This document shows, piece by piece, positions 1 to 12,400 of a DNA stretch of 64,000 nucleotides; positions within the stretch are counted from its first letter, which is position 1, and every line of letters begins with the position of its first letter. Under the pieces are notes generated by a model. The model was not told the origin of the DNA. It ran no database searches and worked only from the letters and a program-made list of their open reading frames with translations. Source of the stretch: Mayamaea pseudoterrestris (taxonomy: Eukaryota). The position numbers and the translations under genes were made by a program. Location of the stretch: contig BROI01000023.1 of assembly GCA_027923505.1 (NCBI GenBank), positions 248,001 through 312,000 on the forward strand, given 5' to 3'.

Positions 1-1
1 C

Positions 2-490
2 CTCGTTGGTGTATCGGCGTGGGCATTGAACGCGCGCTTGACGCAAAAGTCCAAGACATTTACTAGCAAAAGGTCGCTCACGATCAAGGAGAAACTTGGA
101 GGCGATGCTGCAATTGAAGCCGCTGTTGATGAATTCTACAGGCGCGTCCCGGTCGACCCCCAGCTGGCTCCCTTCTTCGCCGGCTTCTCCATTAAGCATC
201 TCAAGAATCATCAGCGCAACTTTATGAACAATGCATTTACTGGTAATCCGGGTAACTTGGATTTACATGACATGATGCTGAAGCGACACGCCAAGCTTTT
301 CAATGAGCGAGGACTGAAAGCGGAACACTTTGACCTTGTGGCAGGCCACTTGGTGGCGACACTCCAACACTTGGGCGTTGAACCAACAGTCATTGGTGAG
401 GCGGCTGCCGTCGTCATGTCGCTTCGTCCAGCCTTCGAGGAAGGCGAGCAATTGGCCAAGTTTGCCAAGGCAAATGAAAATCAAGCCTAG
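2..490 (+). CDS. Group I truncated (2/2) hemoglobin, cyanoglobin/GlbN-like; 5'-partial
   Basis: Motifs LGGDAAIEAAVDEFY (B10 Tyr), LAPFF, HQRNF, proximal His in MLKRHAKL and HFDLVAGHLVATL match group I truncated globins. The frame is open back to the window edge (LVGVSAWAL...), so the true start lies upstream. Confidence 0.9.
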   Translation, partial: LVGVSAWALNARLTQKSKTFTSKRSLTIKEKLGGDAAIEAAVDEFYRRVPVDPQLAPFFAGFSIKHLKNHQRNFMNNAFTGNPGNLDLHDMMLKRHAKLFNERGLKAEHFDLVAGHLVATLQHLGVEPTVIGEAAAVVMSLRPAFEEGEQLAKFAKANENQA

Positions 491-716
491 ATAACAAATG
501 AAGCAAGAGACGTGTGTGGAGTCTTGCTAGGTTCAACAAGTAACCTATAATATAATGGCAAGAATTTTATGTGACGTTTAACGAAATAAACCACAAATTT
601 GTCGTTTAGCTTCCCGTGCCAACTATGTCAGACACGACTGGTCGTAAGCTTTTGCCGTTGAGATGAGGCAAGAGTTGAGTTTGCCGAAGACTTGCTGTCC
701 AAACACATCAGCAATC

Positions 717-1934
717 TTATGAATTAAGCGCTATGGCATGTATATCTTTAGCCGAGCAAAGGATTGTAGCCGACTTGGTGGCGCCAGTCACTTGGCAAAC
801 CTCGCTATCGCGTAGGCAGATGGGAGTGGACGGCGCTAAACTGGCCGACTTGTCATTGACGAGCTCATTCCACTGGTCATCCATATGAGGAAAGAAAGAG
901 TACTGGCCAACAAGACTCAACCCTGGAGTTCCTTTCCAATCTTCGTAACTTTCCATTCCAAGCACAACGCGGGGATCGTCCCAGCCCTTCCAGCAAGCCG
1001 TTTCCATCCTTGCGCCAACCAAGATGGCGCCCGCGCTGGACCCAATGTACATTCCGCTCTTGCTTGTGCAGAAATCAAGCAAGTCTTGCTTATACCCGAT
1101 CGTCTTGTGCAGGCAGTGGTGCAGCCAGAATGTGTTTCCGCCTTGCACGTAGACCAAGTGTGGCTGCCATGTGCGCATGGCGTCGTGCGCCGTCTGTGGA
1201 AAAGCACTTGCCGCAGCATGAATTCCACCAGTCGCTTGCGGCTGCTTGATTGACCCATCGTCCCAGTCAATGGTCACCACGTGAATGTCAATAGATGGAA
1301 GAAGCTCTTGCAGCAAGTTGACAATGTCGTTCCGACGTGACTTGCCGTCGGCCCTTGCGCGCTGCCGTTGCTTGCCAGGTGAATTAGTCGAGTCAAGTCG
1401 CAATGCATACATGGCGGTGGGAATGTAGACGAATCGAAGAATGAGCGAAGAAGATTCATTGTCGTTGCTTATGTAGTCCTTCTGATATTGCCGCAGCAGA
1501 TCAAGTGGACTCGTTGCACCTTTATTCTGCTGCAACTGCTCGAGCGCGTCATCAACAAACTCCAGCTGCTCCACCGCCGACATGTCTGGCCCTGCGCAAG
1601 GACTGAATTTGACAGTATCTTTGATTCTTTGCTCCAATCTGTGCTGCTCCTGCGTCAGCAAGGCGAGAATCAAGCCTTGTTGAACAAACGCTTGAGCTGT
1701 GGGATTGGGTCGCAAGCCGTCAGAGAATGATGATAACAGCAATCCCTGCGCCATCCACGGTCGACTTTCTTTGTCAGCATTTGTATCATCTGCATCATGA
1801 GAGACTCCAAAACGTGCTGATAGTTTCGTTGATTGTCGAAGAAACAAGCCTTGCGAAGATGCGACGAGACAGAATGCTTGGCCGCGTTGAATAGTAACGA
1901 GGACGAAAAGAGTCAATGATGCCAGTTTGATCAT
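717..1934 (-). CDS. Peptidase S51 (dipeptidase E / class I glutamine amidotransferase-like fold) protein, probably plastid-targeted
   Basis: YIPTA, VYVQGGNTFWL, nucleophile elbow YIGSSAGAI and FFPH motifs. The N-terminal signal peptide ends GQA-F, an ASAFAP-like boundary. Confidence 0.75.
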   Translation of the reverse strand: MIKLASLTLFVLVTIQRGQAFCLVASSQGLFLRQSTKLSARFGVSHDADDTNADKESRPWMAQGLLLSSFSDGLRPNPTAQAFVQQGLILALLTQEQHRLEQRIKDTVKFSPCAGPDMSAVEQLEFVDDALEQLQQNKGATSPLDLLRQYQKDYISNDNESSSLILRFVYIPTAMYALRLDSTNSPGKQRQRARADGKSRRNDIVNLLQELLPSIDIHVVTIDWDDGSIKQPQATGGIHAAASAFPQTAHDAMRTWQPHLVYVQGGNTFWLHHCLHKTIGYKQDLLDFCTSKSGMYIGSSAGAILVGARMETACWKGWDDPRVVLGMESYEDWKGTPGLSLVGQYSFFPHMDDQWNELVNDKSASLAPSTPICLRDSEVCQVTGATKSATILCSAKDIHAIALNS

Positions 1935-2259
1935 TAGTTACTGTTCAAGCAATTACTACGAATGTAGATTATGCGCATTGCTTTCAGATAAATTGGCATC
2001 ATCAAACGACAACTCATGGCCGACGAACGAAATTGTTGCAGGCCGTGATTCGCGATTGGATATTGGTCATCATGAGTCGCTTCGGTTTCCATCCATTGCA
2101 GAGGATACCGGTACTACTATACGTCGCGATGAATCCATACCCTGCCTGCCAAGGTTGTTACAACACTATCTGCTTGATTTTCCCCCTTACCGGTAGATAT
2201 GGTGCATCCCTCAGTTTCTCGACCCAATTTTGTGAGACATGTCGGGATATATCCTACTG

Positions 2260-3486
2260 CAACCAACTCCATTGTGCTATAGTGTGTGGCCTTCAAAAAC
2301 TTCCTCCAATAGTCTTGTTCCATGAATTCTGATCTGGCTATGCTTAGAGAGATTTATGCAGTAAAATTGGTGCATAACAATTATTCCCAGCTCACGTGTC
2401 GCATCAGTTGTTTGGGAGGGCAAAGATCCACACAGTAAACAGCTACATGGTGCTACATGTGTGGCATTCAATGACTATTACCAATAGTCTTGTTCCATAA
2501 ATTCTGTTCTGGCTATCCTTGGGGAGATCTATGCAGTGAGATTGATGCAGAACAATAATTCCCAGCTCATGTGTAGCATCAGTTGTTTGGGAGGGCGAAG
2601 ATCCACACAGTAACCCACTCTATGGTGCTACATGTGTGGCCTTCAAAGGCTTTTCCCAAAAATCTTGTTCCATGAATTCTGTTCTGGCTATCCCTGGGGA
2701 CACATATGCAGTAATATTGGTGCATAACAATCATTCCCAGCTCACATGTAGCATCAGTTGTTTGAGAGGGCAAAGATCCGCACAGTAATCCGCTCTTTGG
2801 TGCTACATGTGTGGCCTTCAAAGGCTTTCCCAAAAGTCTTGTTCCACAAATTCTGTTCTGGCTATTCCTGGGAACACATATGCGGTAATATAGGTGCTTA
2901 ATAATCATTCCCCACTCACATGTAGCATCAGTTGTTTGTGAGCAAAGCAACACACAGTAACCCGAACCATGGTGCTTCAGTGTGTGGCCTTTAACCACAA
3001 AAGTCTTGATACATGAATTCTATTTCAGCTATCCTTGGGGACATGTATGTGGTGAGATTAGTGCATAACAATCACTTGCAGCTCACGTGTAGCATCAGTT
3101 GTTTGGGAGGGCAAAGATCCACCCAGTAACCAGCTACACTGTGCTACGGTGTATGGCCTTCAAAGACTACCCCCAATAGTCCTGTTCCATGAAATCTGTT
3201 CTGGCTACCCTTGGAGACACATATGCGGTGAGAGTGGCGCACAATATTCATTCCCAGCTCATGTGTAGCATCAGTTGTTTGGGAGGGCAAAGATCCATAC
3301 AGTAACCAGCTACACGGTTCTACAGTGTGCGGCCTTTACCTCCAATAGTCTTGTTCCATGAATTCTGTTCTGGAAATCCCTGGGGACACATATGCGGTGA
3401 TATTGGTGCATAACAATCATTCCCAGCTCACATGTAGCATCAGTTGTCGAGGGGGGCAAAGAGCCATACAGTAACCAGCTCCACGG
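2260..3486. repeat. Diverged tandem satellite A, ~167-176 bp monomer, ~7 copies
   Basis: Anchor GCATCAGTTG recurs at 2401, 2576, 2751, 2925, 3092, 3268 and 3437. Copies are clearly diverged and CpG-poor. Confidence 0.92.
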
Positions 3487-6400
3487 AAGTGGTGCTCAGA
3501 AGGATTTTCCTTCTCACTGTCACTGAGCTACTTGGATGCCATGGAGGGGTTTAACCACGCCAAATGAACTCACAGGACAATATTTGAACATGCAGGTGCT
3601 CAAAGGATGCTCCATTGTGGTGCACCAGTGGCGCCTTCTAGGTGGATGCCCCTACAAATGGCGCTCAGAAGGATTTTCCTTCTCGCCGTCCTTGAGCTAC
3701 TTGGATGCCATGGAGGGGTCTCACCACACCAAATGAACATATGGGACAAGAGTTTGAACATGCAGGTGCTCATTGGATGCTCCATTGGTGCACCAGTGGC
3801 GCCTTCTAGGCAGATGCCCCTACAAGTGGCGCTCAGAAGGATTTTCCTTCTCGCCGTCACTGAGCTACTTGGATGCCATGGAGGGGTTTCACCACGCCAA
3901 ATGAACATATGGGACAAGAGTTTGAACATGCAGGTGCTCATTGGATGCTCCATTGGTGCACCAGTGGCGCCTTCTAGGCAGATGCCCCTACAAGTGGCGC
4001 TCAGAAGGATTTTCCTTCTCACCGTCACTGAGCTACTTGGATGCCATGGAGGGGTTTCACCACACCAAATGAACATATGGGACAAGAGTTTGAACATGCA
4101 GGTGCTCATTGGATGCTCCATTGGTGCACCAGTGGCGCCTTCTAGGCAGATGCCCCTACAAGTGGTGCTCAGAAGGATTTTCCTTCTCACCATCCTTGAG
4201 CTACTTGGATGCCATGGAGGGGTTTCACCACGCCAAATGAACATACGGAACAAGGGTTTGGCCATGCAGGTGCTCATTGGATGCTCCATTGGTGCACCAG
4301 TGGCACCTTCTAGGCAGATGCCCCTACAAGTGGCGCTCAGAAGGATTTCCTTTGCGCCGTAACTGAGCTACTTGAAAGCCATGGAGGGATATCACTACAC
4401 CAAATGAACATACGGGACAAGGATTTGGCCATGTAGGTGCTCATTGGATGCTCCATTGGTGCACCAGTGGCACCTTTTAGGCTGATGCCCCTTCAAGTGG
4501 CGCTCAGAAGGATTTTCCTTCTCGCCATCACTGAGCTACTTGGATGCCATGGATGGGTTTCACCACGCCAAATGAACATATGGGACAAGAGTTTGAACAT
4601 GCAGGTGCTCATTGGATGCTCCATTGGTGCACCAGTGGCGCCTTCTAAACAGATGCCCCTACATGTGGCGCTCAGAAGGATTTTCCTTCTCGCCGTCCTT
4701 GAGCTACTTGGATGCCATGGAGGGGTCTCACCACACCAAATGAACATATGGGACAAGAGTTTGAACATGCAGGTGCTCATTGGATGCTCCATTGGTGCAC
4801 CAGTGGCGCCTTCTAGGCAGATGCCCCTACAAGTGGCGCTCAGAAGGATTTTTCTTCTCGCCGTCACTGAGCTACTTGGATGCCATGGAGGGGTTTCACC
4901 ACGCCAAATGAACATATGGGACAAGAGTTTGAACATGCAGGTGCTCATTGGATGCTCCATTGGTGCACCAGTGGCGCCTTCTAAACAGATGCCCCTACAT
5001 GTGGCGCTCAGAAGGATTTTCCTTCTCGCCATCCTTGAGCTACTTGAAAGCCATGGAGGGATATCACTACACCAAATGAACATACGGGACAAGGATTTGG
5101 CCATGTAGGTGCTCATTGGATGCTCCATTGGTGCACCAGTGGCACCTTCTTGGCAGATGCCCCTACAAGTGGCGCTCAGAAGGATTTCCTTTGCGCCGTA
5201 ACTGAGCTACTTGAAAGCCATGGAGGGATATCACTACACCAAATGAACATACGGGACAAGGATTTGGCCATGCAGGTGCTCATTGGATGCTCCATTGGTG
5301 CACCAGTGGCGCCTTCTAAACAGATGCCCCTACATGTGGCGCTCAGAAGGATTTTCCTTCTCGCCGTCCTTGAGCTACTTGGATGCCATGGAGGGGTCTC
5401 ACCACACCAAATGAACATATGGGACAAGAGTTTGAACATGCAGGTGCTCATTGGATGCTCCATTGGTGCACCAGTGGCGCCTTCTAGGCAGATGCCCCTA
5501 CAAGTGGCGCTCAGAAGGATTTTCCTTCTCGCCGTCACTGAGCTACTTGGATGCCATGGAGGGGTTTCACCACGCCAAATGAACATATGGGACAAGAGTT
5601 TGAACATGCAGGTGCTCATTGGATGCTCCATTGGTGCACCAGTGGCGCCTTCTAGGCAGATGCCCCTACAAGTGGCGCTCAGAAGGATTTTCCTTCTCGC
5701 CGTCACTGAGCTACTTGGATGCCATGGAGGGGTTTCACCACGCCAAATGAACATACGGGACAAGGGTTTGGCCATGCAGGTGCTCATTGGATGCTCCATT
5801 GGTGCACCAGTGGCGCCTTCTAGGCAGATGCCCCTACAACTGGCGCTCAGAAGGTATTTCCTTCTCGCCGTCACTGAGCTACTTGAATGCCATGGAGGGG
5901 TTTCACCACACCAAATGAACATACGGGACAAGGGTTTGGCCATGCAGGTGCTCATTGGATGCTCCATTGGTGCACCAGTGGCGCCTTCTAGGCAGATGCC
6001 CCTTCAAGTGGCGCTCAGAAGGATTTTCCTTCTCGCCATCACTGAGCTACTTGGATGCCATGGAGGGGTTTCACCACGCCAAATGAACATATGGGACAAG
6101 AGTTTGGCCATGCAGGTGCTCATTGGATGCTCCATTGGTGCACCAGTGGCGCCTTCTAGGCAGATGCCCCTACAAGTGGCGCTCAGAAGGATTTTCCTTC
6201 TCGCCGTCACTGAGCTACTTGGATGCCATGGAGGGGTTTCACCACACCAAATGAACATACGGGACAAGGGTTTGGCCATGCAGGTGCTCATTGGATGCTC
6301 CATTGGTGCACCAGTGGCGCCTTCTAGGCAGATGCCCCTTCAATTGGCGCTCAGAAGGTTTTTCCTTCTCGCCGTCACTGAGCTACTTGGATGCCATGGA

Positions 6401-9400
6401 GGGGTTTCACCACGCCAAATGAACATACGGGACAAGGGTTTGGACATGCAGGTGCTCATTGGATGCTCCATTGGTGCACCAGTGGCGCCTTCTAGGCAGA
6501 TGCCCCTACAACTGGCGCTCAGAAGGTATTTCCTTCTCGCCGTCACTGAGCTACTTGGATGCCATGGAGGGGTTTCACCACACCAAATGAACATACGGGA
6601 CAAGAGAAATTTGCATGCAGGTGCTCATTGGATGCTCCATTGGTCCAGTGGCACCTTCTTTCCTTCTCGCCATCCTTGAGCTACTTGAAAGCCATGGAGG
6701 GATATCACTACACCAAATGAACATACGGGACAAGGATTTGGCCATGTAGGTGCTCATTGGATGCTCCATTGGTGCACCAGTGGCACCTTCTTGGCAGATG
6801 CCCCTACAAGTGGCGCTCAGAAGGATTTCCTTTGCGCCGTAACTGAGCTACTTGGATGCCATGGAGGGGTTTCACCACGCCAAATGAACATACGGGACAA
6901 GGATTTGGCCATGCAGGTGCTCATTGGATGCTCCATTGGTGCACCAGTGGCGCCTTCTAAACAGATGCCCCTACATGTGGCGCTCAGAAGGATTTTCCTT
7001 CTCGCCGTCCTTGAGCTACTTGGATGCCATGGAGGGGTCTCACCACACCAAATGAACATATGGGACAAGAGTTTGAACATGCAGGTGCTCATTGGATGCT
7101 CCATTGGTGCACCAGTGGCGCCTTCTAGGCAGATGCCCCTACAAGTGGCGCTCAGAAGGATTTTCCTTCTCGCCGTCACTGAGCTACTTGGATGCCATGG
7201 AGGGGTTTCACCACGCCAAATGAACATATGGGACAAGAGTTTGAACATGCAGGTGCTCATTGGATGCTCCATTGGTGCACCAGTGGCGCCTTCTAGGCAG
7301 ATGCCCCTACAAGTGGCGCTCAGAAGGATTTTCCTTCTCGCCGTCACTGAGCTACTTGGATGCCATGGAGGGGTTTCACCACGCCAAATGAACATACGGG
7401 ACAAGGGTTTGGCCATGCAGGTGCTCATTGGATGCTCCATTGGTGCACCAGTGGCGCCTTCTAGGCAGATGCCCCTACAACTGGCGCTCAGAAGGTATTT
7501 CCTTCTCGCCGTCACTGAGCTACTTGAATGCCATGGAGGGGTTTCACCACACCAAATGAACATACGGGACAAGGGTTTGGCCATGCAGGTGCTCATTGGA
7601 TGCTCCATTGGTGCACCAGTGGCGCCTTCTAGGCAGATGCCCCTTCAAGTGGCGCTCAGAAGGATTTTCCTTCTCGCCATCACTGAGCTACTTGGATGCC
7701 ATGGAGGGGTTTCACCACGCCAAATGAACATATGGGACAAGAGTTTGGCCATGCAGGTGCTCATTGGATGCTCCATTGGTGCACCAGTGGCGCCTTCTAG
7801 GCAGATGCCCCTACAAGTGGCGCTCAGAAGGATTTTCCTTCTCGCCGTCACTGAGCTACTTGGATGCCATGGAGGGGTTTCACCACACCAAATGAACATA
7901 CGGGACAAGGGTTTGGCCATGCAGGTGCTCATTGGATGCTCCATTGGTGCACCAGTGGCGCCTTCTAGGCAGATGCCCCTTCAATTGGCGCTCAGAAGGT
8001 TTTTCCTTCTCGCCGTCACTGAGCTACTTGGATGCCATGGAGGGGTTTCACCACGCCAAATGAACATACGGGACAAGGGTTTGGACATGCAGGTGCTCAT
8101 TGGATGCTCCATTGGTGCACCAGTGGCGCCTTCTAGGCAGATGCCCCTACAACTGGCGCTCAGAAGGTATTTCCTTCTCGCCGTCACTGAGCTACTTGGA
8201 TGCCATGGAGGGGTTTCACCACACCAAATGAACATACGGGACAAGAGAAATTTGCATGCAGGTGCTCATTGGATGCTCCATTGGTCCAGTGGCACCTTCT
8301 GCAGAGGCTCGTGGATGCCTCCACGAGCCTGAGGGTTCACCAAATGAATGGACAAGGATTTGGCCATGCAGGTGCTCATTGGGCCCATGATGCCCCTTCA
8401 AGTGGCGCTCAGAAGGATTTTCCTTCTCGCCGTCACTGAGCTACTTGGATGCCATGGAGGGGTTTCACCATGCCAAATGAACATACGGGACAAGGGTTTG
8501 GCCATGCAGGTGCTCATTGGATGCTCCATTGGTGCACCAGTGGCGCCTTCTAAACAGATGCCTCTACAAGTGGCGCTCAGAAGGATTTTCCTTCTCGCCG
8601 TCACTGAGCTACTTGGATGCCATGGAGGGGTTTCACCACGCCAAATGAACATACGGGACAAGGGTTTGGCCATGCAGGTGCTCATTGGATGCTCCATTGG
8701 TGCACCAGTGGCACCTTCTAGGCAGATGCCCCTACAAGTGGCGCTCAGAAGGATTTTCCTTCTCGCCGTCACTGAGCTACTTGGATGCCATGGAGGGGTT
8801 TCACCACGCCAAATGAACATACGCGACAAGGGTTTGGACATGCAGGTGCTCATTGGATGCTCCATTGGTGCACCAGTGGCGCCTTCTAAACAGATGCCCC
8901 TACATGTGGCGCTCAGAAGGATTTTCCTTCTCGCCGTCACTGAGCTACTTGGATGCCATGGAGGGGTTTCACCACACCAAATGAACATACGGGACAAGGG
9001 TTTGGCCATGCAGATGCTCATTGGATGCTCCATTGGTGCACCAGTGGCACCTTCTAGGCAGATGCCCCTACAAGTGGCGCTCAGAAGGATTTTCCTTCTC
9101 GCCGTCACTGAGCTACTTGGATGCCATGGAGGGGTTTCACCACGCCAAATGAACATACGGGACAAGGGTTTGGACATGCAGGTGCTCATTGGATGCTCCA
9201 TTGGTGCACCAGTGGCACCTTCTAGGCAGATGCCCCTTCAACTGGCGCTCAGAAGGATTTTCCTTCTCGCCGTCACTGAGCTACTTGGATGCCATGGAGG
9301 GGTTTCACCACGCCAAATGAACATACGGGACAAGAATTTGGCCATGCAGATGCTCATTGGATGCTCCATTGGTGCACCAGTGGCGCCTTCTAGGCAGATG

Positions 9401-12400
9401 CCCCTACAAGTGGCGCTCAGAAGGATTTTCCTTCTCGCCGTCACTGAGCTACTTGGATGCCATGGAGGGGTTTCACCACGCCAAATGAACATACGGGACA
9501 AGGGTTTGGCCATGCAGATGCTCATTGGATGCTCCATTGGTGCACCAGTGGCACCTTCTAGGCAGATGCCCCTTCAACTGGCGCTCAGAAGGATTTTCCT
9601 TCTCGCCATCACTGAGCTACTTGGATGCCATGGAGGGGTTTCACCACGCCAAATGAACATACGGGACAAGGGTTTGGCCATGCAGGTGCTCATTGGATGC
9701 TCCATTGGTGCACCAGTGGCGCCTTCTAGGCAGATGCCCCTTCAACTGGCGCTCAGAAGGGCCCCTACATGTGGCGCTCAGAAGGATTTTCCTTCTCGCC
9801 GTCACTGAGCTACTTGGATGCCATGGAGGGGTTTCACCACACCAAATGAACATACGGGACAAGGGTTTGGCCATGCAGATGCTCATTGGATGCTCCATTG
9901 GTGCACCAGTGGCACCTTCTAGGCAGATGCCCCTACAAGTGGCGCTCAGAAGGATTTTCCTTCTCGCCGTCACTGAGCTACTTGGATGCCATGGAGGGGT
10001 TTCACCACGCCAAATGAACATACGGGACAAGGGTTTGGACATGCAGGTGCTCATTGGATGCTCCATTGGTGCACCAGTGGCACCTTCTAGGCAGATGCCC
10101 CTTCAACTGGCGCTCAGAAGGATTTTCCTTCTCGCCGTCACTGAGCTACTTGGATGCCATGGAGGGGTTTCACCACGCCAAATGAACATACGGGACAAGA
10201 ATTTGGCCATGCAGATGCTCATTGGATGCTCCATTGGTGCACCAGTGGCGCCTTCTAGGCAGATGCCCCTACAAGTGGCGCTCAGAAGGATTTTCCTTCT
10301 CGCCGTCACTGAGCTACTTGGATGCCATGGAGGGGTTTCACCACGCCAAATGAACATACGGGACAAGGGTTTGGCCATGCAGATGCTCATTGGATGCTCC
10401 ATTGGTGCACCAGTGGCACCTTCTAGGCAGATGCCCCTTCAACTGGCGCTCAGAAGGATTTTCCTTCTCGCCATCACTGAGCTACTTGGATGCCATGGAG
10501 GGGTTTCACCACGCCAAATGAACATACGGGACAAGGGTTTGGCCATGCAGGTGCTCATTGGATGCTCCATTGGTGCACCAGTGGCGCCTTCTAGGCAGAT
10601 GCCCCTTCAACTGGCGCTCAGAAGGATTTTCCTTCTCGCCGTCACTGAGCTACTTGGATGCCATGGAGGGGTTTCACCACACCAAATGAACATACGGGAC
10701 AAGGGTTTGGCCATGCAGATGCTCATTGGATGCTCCATTGGTGCACCAGTGGCGCCCTCTAGGCAGATGCTCCCACATGTGGCGCTCAGAAGGATTTTCC
10801 TTCTCGCCGTCACTGAGCTACTTGGATGCCATGGAGGGGTTTCACCACGCCAAATGAACATATGGGACAAGAGTTTGGCCATGCAGGTGCTCATTGGATG
10901 CTCCATTGGTGCACCAGTGGCGCCTTCCTTCTCGCCATCACTGAGCTACTTGGATGCCATGGAGGGGTTTCACCACGCCAAATGAACATACGGGACAAGG
11001 GTTTGGCCATGCAGATGCTCATTGGATGCTCCATTGGTGCACCAGTGGCGCCTTCTAGGCAGATGCCCCTACAACTGGCGCTCAGAAGGATTTTCCTTCT
11101 CGCCGTCACTGAGCTACTTGGATGCCATGGAGGGGTTTCACCACACCAAATGAACATACGGGACAAGGGTTTGGCCATGCAGATGCTCATTGGATGCTCC
11201 ATTGGTGCACCAGTGGCGCCTTCTAGGCAGATGCCCCTTCAACTGGCGCTCAGAAGGATTTTCCTTCTCGCCATCACTGAGCTACTTGGATGCCATGGAG
11301 GGGTTTCACCACGCCAAATGAACATATGGGACAAGGGTTTGGCCATGCAGATGCTCATTGGATGCTCCATTGGTGCACCAGTGGCGCCTTCTAGGCAGAT
11401 GCCCCTTCAACTGGCGCTCAGAAGGTTTTTCCTTCTCCCACTGAGCTACTTGGATGCCATGGAGGGGTTTCACCACGCCAAATGAACATACGGGACAAGG
11501 GTTTGGCCATGCAGGTGCTCATTGGATGCTCCATTGGTGCACCAGTGGCGCCTTCTAGGCAGATGCCCCTACAAGTGGCGCTCAGAAGGATTTTCCTTCT
11601 CGCCGTCACTGAGCTACTTGGATGCCATGGAGGGGTTTCACCACGCCAAATGAACATACGGGACAAGGGTTTGGCCATGCAGATGCTCATTGGATGCTCC
11701 ATTGGTGCACCAGTGGCGCCTTCTAGGCAGATGCCCCTACAACTGGCGCTCAGAAGGATTTTCCTTCTCGCCGTCACTGAGCTACTTGGATGCCATGGAG
11801 GGGTTTCACCACGCCAAATGAACATACGGGACAAGGGTTTGGCCATGCAGGTGCTCATTGGATGCTCCATTGGTGCACCAGTGGCGCCTTCTAGGCAGAT
11901 GCCCCTACAAGTGGCGCTCAGAAGGATTTTCCTTCTCGCCGTCACTGAGCTACTTGGATGCCATGGAGGGGTTTCACCACGCCAAATGAACATACGGGAC
12001 AAGGGTTTGGACATGCAGGTGCTCATTGGATGCTCCATTGGTGCACCAGTGGCGCCTTCTAGGCAGATGCCCCTTCAACTGGCGCTCAGAAGGATTTTCC
12101 TTCTCGCCGTCACTGAGCTACTTGGATGCCATGGAGGGGTTTCACCACGCCAAATGAACATACGGGACAAGGGTTTGGCCATGCAGATGCTCATTGGATG
12201 CTCCATTGGTGCACCAGTGGCACCTTCTAGGCAGATGCCCCTTCAACTGGCGCTCAGAAGGATTTTCCTTCTCGCCGTCACTGAGCTACTTGGATGCCAT
12301 GGAGGGGTTTCACCACGCCAAATGAACATACGGGACAAGGGTTTGGCCATGCAGGTGCTCATTGGATGCTCCATTGGTGCACCAGTGGCGCCTTCTAGGC

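Noticed and set aside
2277..2998. ORFs within satellite A
   Set aside because: Monomer lengths vary and are mostly not multiples of 3, so frames shift between copies.
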